From assembly GCA_050613775.1 (NCBI GenBank), contig JBODTK010000147.1, positions 62,001 to 126,000 on the forward strand: 64,000 nt of DNA, in the 5' to 3' direction. The notes beneath the pieces were generated by a model. The model had not been told where the DNA came from, did not search any database, and worked only from the letters and a program-made list of their open reading frames with translations. Positions 56,987-64,000 of this stretch are shown in pieces (the stretch's first letter is position 1; each line of letters opens with the position of its first letter). The stretch is from Neocallimastix sp. 'constans' (taxonomy: Eukaryota). A program made the position numbers and the translations under genes.

Positions 56987-59900
56987 ATGTTACAAGGAAC
57001 AAGTTCTATTGAAGTTTATAATATTTTAAGGTATAAAAATAATTATTTTATTTAATATTTGAATTTAAATATATTTATTTAATCCCAACTATAAACTTTT
57101 ATTTTATTATCAATAGTTATATAATTAATATTTATCAAAAATTAATATTGTTTATAGAATTTTTATTTATCAAAAAAAAAAAAAAAAAAAAAAAAGATAA
57201 TGTTGTTATTGGCTAAATAAAATTAATATTTACCAAACAATTGATATTACTATTTGTTTAGAATTAATATTTACAAAAAAATTTATATTGTTAATCTTTT
57301 AGAGTTAATTATTTATCAAAAATTAATATCGTTATTAGTTTAGAATAATATTTACCAAAAAATTCATTTTATTAATAATTTAGAATCGATAGTATATAAT
57401 TAAAAGTATCAAAAAAAATTTTTTTATATTAATTTTTTTTTTATAATTAAAAAAAATTTATTTTAAATATAATATTATATATATAAATATTTTTATCTTT
57501 TAATGAAAATATTATAAGAAAATTACGTGAAATTGGTGAAAGAATAGAAAATACTATTGATACTGTGATTATTGATAAATGCCAAATAAATAGATTATGG
57601 AATAGGTTAAATCTATTTTTAAAAGAATTTGAAGATGTTCAATCAGAAAATAGTGGAAACATATCAAATAGTTGTTTCAAAGAAGTAAAAAGATTATTTT
57701 TACAAATAGAAAGTCATATTAAAAGCTACAAGAAATATGGTCCATTTAAAAAATTAATTTCGAATAATGAATTGGAAAAAACATTTGATAATTATAATTC
57801 ACAGTTAGTCTATTATAGTTTACAATTAGGATTAAGAAATTTACCTTACCTAAATAATTCAGTTCGTGATATGGAAGATCAGGATGATAAAGAGGAAGAT
57901 AATGAACATTTTAATTCTACATTAAATTCTGCAATGGCAACTGATGATCTTCTACTCTCATTTTTAGGATGTGTTACTGATCGAGAAATGATTATTGAAG
58001 CTATTTCTACCTTAGAAGATATTATTAATGAAGGTATTATTAAATCAGATATTCAATCTTACCAACCCTTACCCAATGGTGACGATGGGGATCGTAAATT
58101 AGTGTATATTCAATCGAATTCTAAAGAAATAATTTCAATTACACGTAATTATAAAAAACCTATAATGAATCGAAAAAAATATGCTAATATTGATAACATC
58201 GTTTATGTATGTGAATATCTTAAGAAGAAGGCCGAAGGTTTATCAATTGAATCAAAAAATTGGCAAATTGCTAGTTGGGATATTGAAATTTGGGAAAAAC
58301 TATCGGTAGGTCCTTTCTCTAAGATTTATAAAGGTTTTTGGTTAGGTAATGATGTTGCTGTTAAGGAAATGTCTTATCAAATTAATCGTGTTCGTATCCG
58401 TAAGGAATTTTACAAGGATGTAAAAATGTGGTTTAATTTAAGTCACCCTAATGTTCTTTCCTTATATGGGGCCAATATTCTTGGGGATTATCCATTGGTA
58501 GTTATACCGTTGATGAAAAATGGAAATTTAATTGATTACATTGAAGGTAAGGAAAGGTTATCTCTTCTTAAATTAATAGAAATTTTAATTGGTGTTAGTT
58601 CTGGTATGGAATATTTACATGCTAAAAATGTGGTTCATGGAGATTTAATGGCGAGAAATATTCTTTTAGATGAACATTTACAGCCACATATTTGCGATTT
58701 CGGTTTTAGTAAGTGTAGAGCCGACGTGGATCATCACTCTAAATTGAAACGTTTAGATTCGTTACGTTGGACTGCTAATGAAGTTCATGAAAGTTTTATC
58801 TACACTAAAAAATCTGATGTGTATAGTTTTGCTATGCTTTGCTATGAACTTTTCACCTGGGGTGCTGTTCCATTCCAAAATTTATCGGAACGTTTTCTTT
58901 CAGAAGCCGTTATTGCTGGAAAACGTCCAGAATATCCCGAAGGTTGTCCAATGGCCATATGGAGGTTAATGGAACAGATGTGGAATGGGAACCCAGAGGC
59001 TCGTCCAGATTTCAGTGATATTACTCGTTATCTATATCATTTTAAGACTGAATTAAAACGCCAAGCCTTACAGGATAAGGACAGCATTTCAGAAGGGAGA
59101 GTTCCATCAAATGAAGAATTAAATGAACCTCATTATCCAGTTTATATGGAGGATAATACTGCTAGTCCAGCATTATCCAATGACTATATTGATAACAACA
59201 GTAGTAATCCTAGTGTCGACTCTCCTCTCTATCTTAATAACAATAATCCTAATGTCGACTCTTCTCCGCTTTATCTCAGTAACAATGATCATCCTAGTGT
59301 CGATTCTTCTTCCTATCTCAATAATAGTCATCCAACTGTCGATACTACTTCCTATTTTAATACCAATCATCCAAATGTAGATTATCCTAATAGCGGATCA
59401 GATAACTACAGTCCACGAGTTTATCAGTTTAGTCCGGGACGTTCACCACATCTCATATCAGGAATGGAGGATGTTTCAGGATCTGGTTCAGGAACAGGAT
59501 CTATTGAATTGAATTCCTCAGTAAGTCAAAATATGTCACACTCTTCCAAATATCCTTCTATGCATAACGATGCTACGCTGTTGAAGTCGAATGTGACTTC
59601 GCCATCAAAGTCTATTGCAATTCCCTATATCAAGAATCCTCAAGGTCGTCCAGTGGTTATTGGAAGTCACAAAGCTCAAGGTAGCGGTCGTAGTTATAGC
59701 CACAGTCATTCTCATTCTCTTAGTGGTAGCTTTAGCTATAATGGTCATTCAGTTTATCCACATTCACCATCCAATTCTAGTAGTAATATAGTTATGTCTA
59801 TTCCGGTTGGAATGCATCCAGTACAATTTACTTCAGAAATGCTACCAGAACGTCTTTCCTCCATGCAAATACATAGTAGTTCCGTAAAGAATGGTAAGGT

Positions 59901-62900
59901 TAAACCGATCAATGTAGTGCAAAGTAATTATCGCCAAAGAAATAATTCTTCTTCTTCGGCAACGACGGTCGGTCCTTCCTCTTCTTCTCTTACCACTTCT
60001 CAAGCTTCTCCAAACATCTTAAGTCCAAGAGGTGGAGTTGGTAGTAGTAATGATAATGGTAATGGTAACGATAATGGTAACAATAATGGTAATAGTAATG
60101 GTAATTTGAAATCTTCAAACAGTATCTATCGCTTATCAAATGGGGGAAATAGTATTACTAATTTAAAGAGAGTAACTTCCACAAATCATCACTATCATCA
60201 TAATCCGGAAGAGGATGAAATTGATTCAAGTATGGTCTTCACTCCAACTAGAAATGGTTATCTCTCTCAATCAGCTTATGATTTTGCCTTTAAGGAATTA
60301 GAGGAAGAAATGTATCCACAAAAAATGTACCTTACTCGTACGAAAGGTGAAGAAATTGATCAAGAAAATTGGAATGAATTTTCCCTTTCTGATGAAGATG
60401 ACTATGCTGGTCATTATATTGAAAATTATTTTGATGATGATTACGTTGATATATACTCACAACCCAACTTCAATGAAATTAATGATAGTTATAGACATCG
60501 TATTCAAAAGATTTTTGAAAATGACATTGAACTTTCTTCCATCTATGAAAATGAAAATGATGAACTCTATCAATATAGATATATGGTAGATGATAATATG
60601 CTCAAGGGAATGACAAGTAATTCTTCTGGTAATAACTATGCCTCCTATGGTACTACTTCCAGTTATAATAAGAGAAGATCTAGTCAAGGTCTAACCATTG
60701 ATACAACAAGGAAATCACGTTCTTATTCACGTTCTCATGCTACTGCTAACCCTTTGAGTAGTGGTAATGGAAATGATAATGGTCATGGTATTAGTGATCA
60801 TCGATCTCGTTCTCGTTCTCATTCTAGATCTAGAACACGTTCTAAATCTAATAATAGTTTTAGTAAACCTAAATATTCTTTTATGGACATGGAATCGTTT
60901 GATGGAACTCCAGGTATGTCTGCTGCGACTCCAACCTCAATGAATACTCCATTAAGTCAACGTAAACTTTCCATAGGACCAAGACTTTCATTCTCAGATA
61001 ATAAAACTCATGATAATGATAATGACAATAATAATAATGATAATGATAATAGTAATGTTAATAATAATGGTAATGGCAATGTTCTTTATCAAGATCATCG
61101 TCGAAATCAAAGTCAAGGTCAAAATCAAAATCATGGAGTTGATCATCGTCGAAGTCAAAGTCAAGGCCAAAATCAAAATCATGGAGTTGATCATCGTCGA
61201 AGTCAAAGCCAAGGTCAAAGTCAAAATCAAAATCAAGGAGTTGATCATCGTCGAAGTCAAAGCCAAGGTCAAAGTCAAAATCAAAATCAAGGAGTTGATC
61301 ATCGTCGAAGTCAAGGTCAATATTATAAAAGTCAAGAATCTCAACCTTATCAAACACCACCTGCTTCAAGACCTCATTCACCTTATATCTACGGTGATGA
61401 TATTGATGATGATATGAAAGGGGAAGATAGTACAGAGAATTATAGTAAAGGTAAAGCAAATCTTAGTATTGATACTAGTAATTTATTACACTCTATGATA
61501 AATAGTATGAGCCTTCATGAAGAAGGAGTTAAGGAAGATCAAGATAATTCGGGTAATTCCTATTCAGTTCCTTGTATTTCCGATCGTACAGAAGGTGTTT
61601 ATCGTTGTGATATAAGGAAAGATATTACTTTTAGTTTTATGGATGATGATGATTTATCTGTTTATTATCCAAAGGAAGAATATTGTCTTTCTAAGTTAAC
61701 TTTCCCAGGTATTAATCCTGAAGCAATTCAACCTCCAACTTTTAAAACAGATTTCATTCAACAAATTTGTATGGAAGTTCCAACTGAACCAATAGAAAAG
61801 AAGGATTTCGCAAGAGAAATGCTTCTCAATATTTATATGAATGAATTTAAGGTACGATTTGGTGAATTTAAATTTGAGGAAGTAATTAAAAAGAATCGTA
61901 TTGAATTTAATACCTATGGATTCAGTGATTGGTCGTATAAACGTTCTGCCTATAAGGTTTTAATTGATATCATAAAATATACTCATATTAAGCATTTATT
62001 TATTCGTAATTGTCGATTTGGTGATCCAGCTATTGTTGCCTTAGCAAATGCTTTAATATTTAATGATGAATTTACCATTATTGATATTACCTTCTGTTCT
62101 AAACGTTCTCGTCCACCACAAGAAAATAATATTATGGATATTATTCGTTATGATGCCTCTAATCTAGATCCAAAATGGGTATTGAATACTAATGTAACGG
62201 CTAAATCGGGTCAACTCTTTGCTAATCTTGTACAACAAAGTAAGAATTTAAAGGCAATTCACTTAAGAAATGCAGCTTTTGGTGATGATTGTGCTATCAT
62301 GATGGCTAATGCTCTTCAACATAATAAAAATATTGAAGATTTTGAATTAACTAATTGTGAAGTTCATGAATCTGGTGCAGTAGCCTTTGCTGAAGCTCTT
62401 AAAACTAATAAAATACTTTTACGTCTTATACTTCAACAAAATCCAATTGAAGATAAGGGAGCTATTGCTATTTCTTCTGCTTTACGTAAAAATAAAACGT
62501 TGAAATATTTATTGCTTCAAAAATGTGGCCTTACCTCTAAATCTATGTCCTCCTTCACCCTAACTTTTCTTAACAATTTAGGCTTAGAATTAATAAAGTA
62601 GAGTATTATTTATATTTATATTATAATTTTTATTTCATTTTTTATTTTATTTTATTTTATTTTATTTTATTTTATTTTTTTTATTTTTAAATTTATAATT
62701 TATTTATTTATATTTTATTTATTAATTAATTTATTTAATTTTTTATTTTTATTTTTATTTTTTTATTTTTATTTTTTATTTTTATTTTTAATTTTATTTT
62801 TTTAATTTTATTTTTTATATTTATTTAATAATATATTGAATATATGTATTTTTTTTTTTTTTTTCTTTTTAAATCTTATTAATTAATTCTTTAGGTTCAG

Positions 62901-63466
62901 TAGTAATGGTATTGGTAATGAAGGTGCAAAAGCATTAGCAGAAGGTGTTTTAGCTAATTCTCATATAAAACAATTATGGATAGATGATTGTAATATTGGT
63001 AAGAAAGGGGTACAAGCTATTTCAAAGGCTTTAGATCAAAATGTTGTTACAGAAATACAGTAAGTATTTAAACAAATAAATAAATAAATAAATATGAATA
63101 AATATGAATAACTATAAATAACTATAAATAACTATAAATAAATATATAATTTATATATATATTTATAATTATAATAATTTTTTTTTCTTTTTTTTTTTAA
63201 AAAATATTAACAAAAAAATAAAAAAAAAAAATGTTTTTTTTTTTATTAAAATAATTAGTGTTGGTTCAGTATTAAAGTTCTGGGAAAAGAAAGAAAACTT
63301 TAATTCAAGAATTATTATCCATAAAGGTAAAAACAAATATTTATATTATTATAATATTGATATTAAAAATAAAAATAATAATAATAAAAAGATACTAATA
63401 TATTATTTATTTATTTATATATGCTATTATTTGTTATTATCATTATTAATAGATCTTTTCAGTTAA
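56987..63466 (+). CDS. Multidomain protein kinase: MLKL-like N-terminal helical bundle + TKL/TK-like kinase + long disordered region + RI-like LRRs; exons 56987-57030, 57519-62597, 62895-63059, 63259-63326, 63453-63466 (~1789 aa)
   Basis: All four GT..AG introns are phase-compatible (AG|A, AA|G, CA|T, G|AT). Kinase motifs VAVK, HPNVL, HGDLMARNILL, DFG, RWTANE, SDVYSF, RP (~58261-59043). LRRs such as LKAIHLRNAAFGDDCAIMMANALQHN and LLRLILQQNPIEDKGAIAISSALRKN continue in exon 3 (FSSNGIGNEGAKALAEGV). The last two exons are less certain. Confidence 0.88.
61090..61320 (+). repeat. Coding tandem repeat, 5 units of (GV)DHRR(S/N)QSQGQ(N/S)QN(H/Q)
   Basis: 48-54-bp units visible in both the DNA and the kinase ORF translation. 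Confidence 0.93.
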
Positions 63467-64000
63467 ACATAAGATGAATAATAATTTAGGAACCCCCCCC
63501 CCCCCCCAAAAAAAAAATAAAATAAAAATATAAAATAAAATAAAATAAAATAAAAAATTAATAGTAATAACAGCAATAAATATTTATTTATTTATATACA
63601 ATTTTAGAGTTTTAAATTATTAAATTATAATAAAAAAATTAAAAAAAAAAAAAAAAAATATGAAGATTTTTTTTTCTTTTTTTTTTTTTAAACTTTAGAT
63701 TATAATATATAGGAAGCACCATAAATATTGAAATTAAAAAAAATTATAAAAGAAACAATGGAAAAAATAATAATATAAACTAAATTAAAAAAAAAAAAAA
63801 GTCTAATTAATTAAAAGAACAAGTAAAAAAAAAATAAAAAAAGTTCAAGAAAAAAAAAAAATAAGAATAATAAAATTTAAACAAAATATAATAATAAAAA
63901 ATATTATAAAACATTCATAATATAATATCATACATTAATAAAAAACAAACAAACAAACAAACAATATATATATATATATATATAATAAAACAAAATTAAA

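Noticed and set aside
58778..61459. Short ORFs overlapping the kinase gene on both strands
   Set aside because: Shadow frames of the long kinase exon with no independent motifs.

Overview
Extremely AT-rich, intron-containing eukaryotic DNA. Two C-terminal fungal (CBM10-type) dockerins plus the base composition point to an anaerobic gut fungus (Neocallimastigomycota; inference). Three host genes are supported: (1) an apparently single-exon MATH-like/BTB protein with a very long acidic tail (11864-16339, +); (2) a two-exon secreted expansin-like protein with two dockerins (21439-23166, -); (3) a five-exon protein with an MLKL-like N-terminal helical domain, a TKL/tyrosine-kinase-like kinase and C-terminal RI-type LRRs (56987-63466, +). 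The middle of the window is a retroelement cluster: a full-length but frameshifted Ty1/Copia element (31795-37730), a decayed LINE RT, a 1.26-kb TRIM with apparently identical LTRs, and a 4.8-kb LTR-bounded element with no recognisable gag/pol. All three LTR elements sit in (ATT)n microsatellite and share a primer-binding site matching the anticodon arm of tRNA-Lys(CUU). The most striking observation is a decayed bacterial/phage-type peptidase M15 (peptidoglycan hydrolase) inside the 4.8-kb LTR element, invisible in the ORF track. The rest is Copia debris, MITE-like elements, satellites and two unexplained GC-richer islands with hairpins. All domain calls are by-eye motif recognition; no searches were run.
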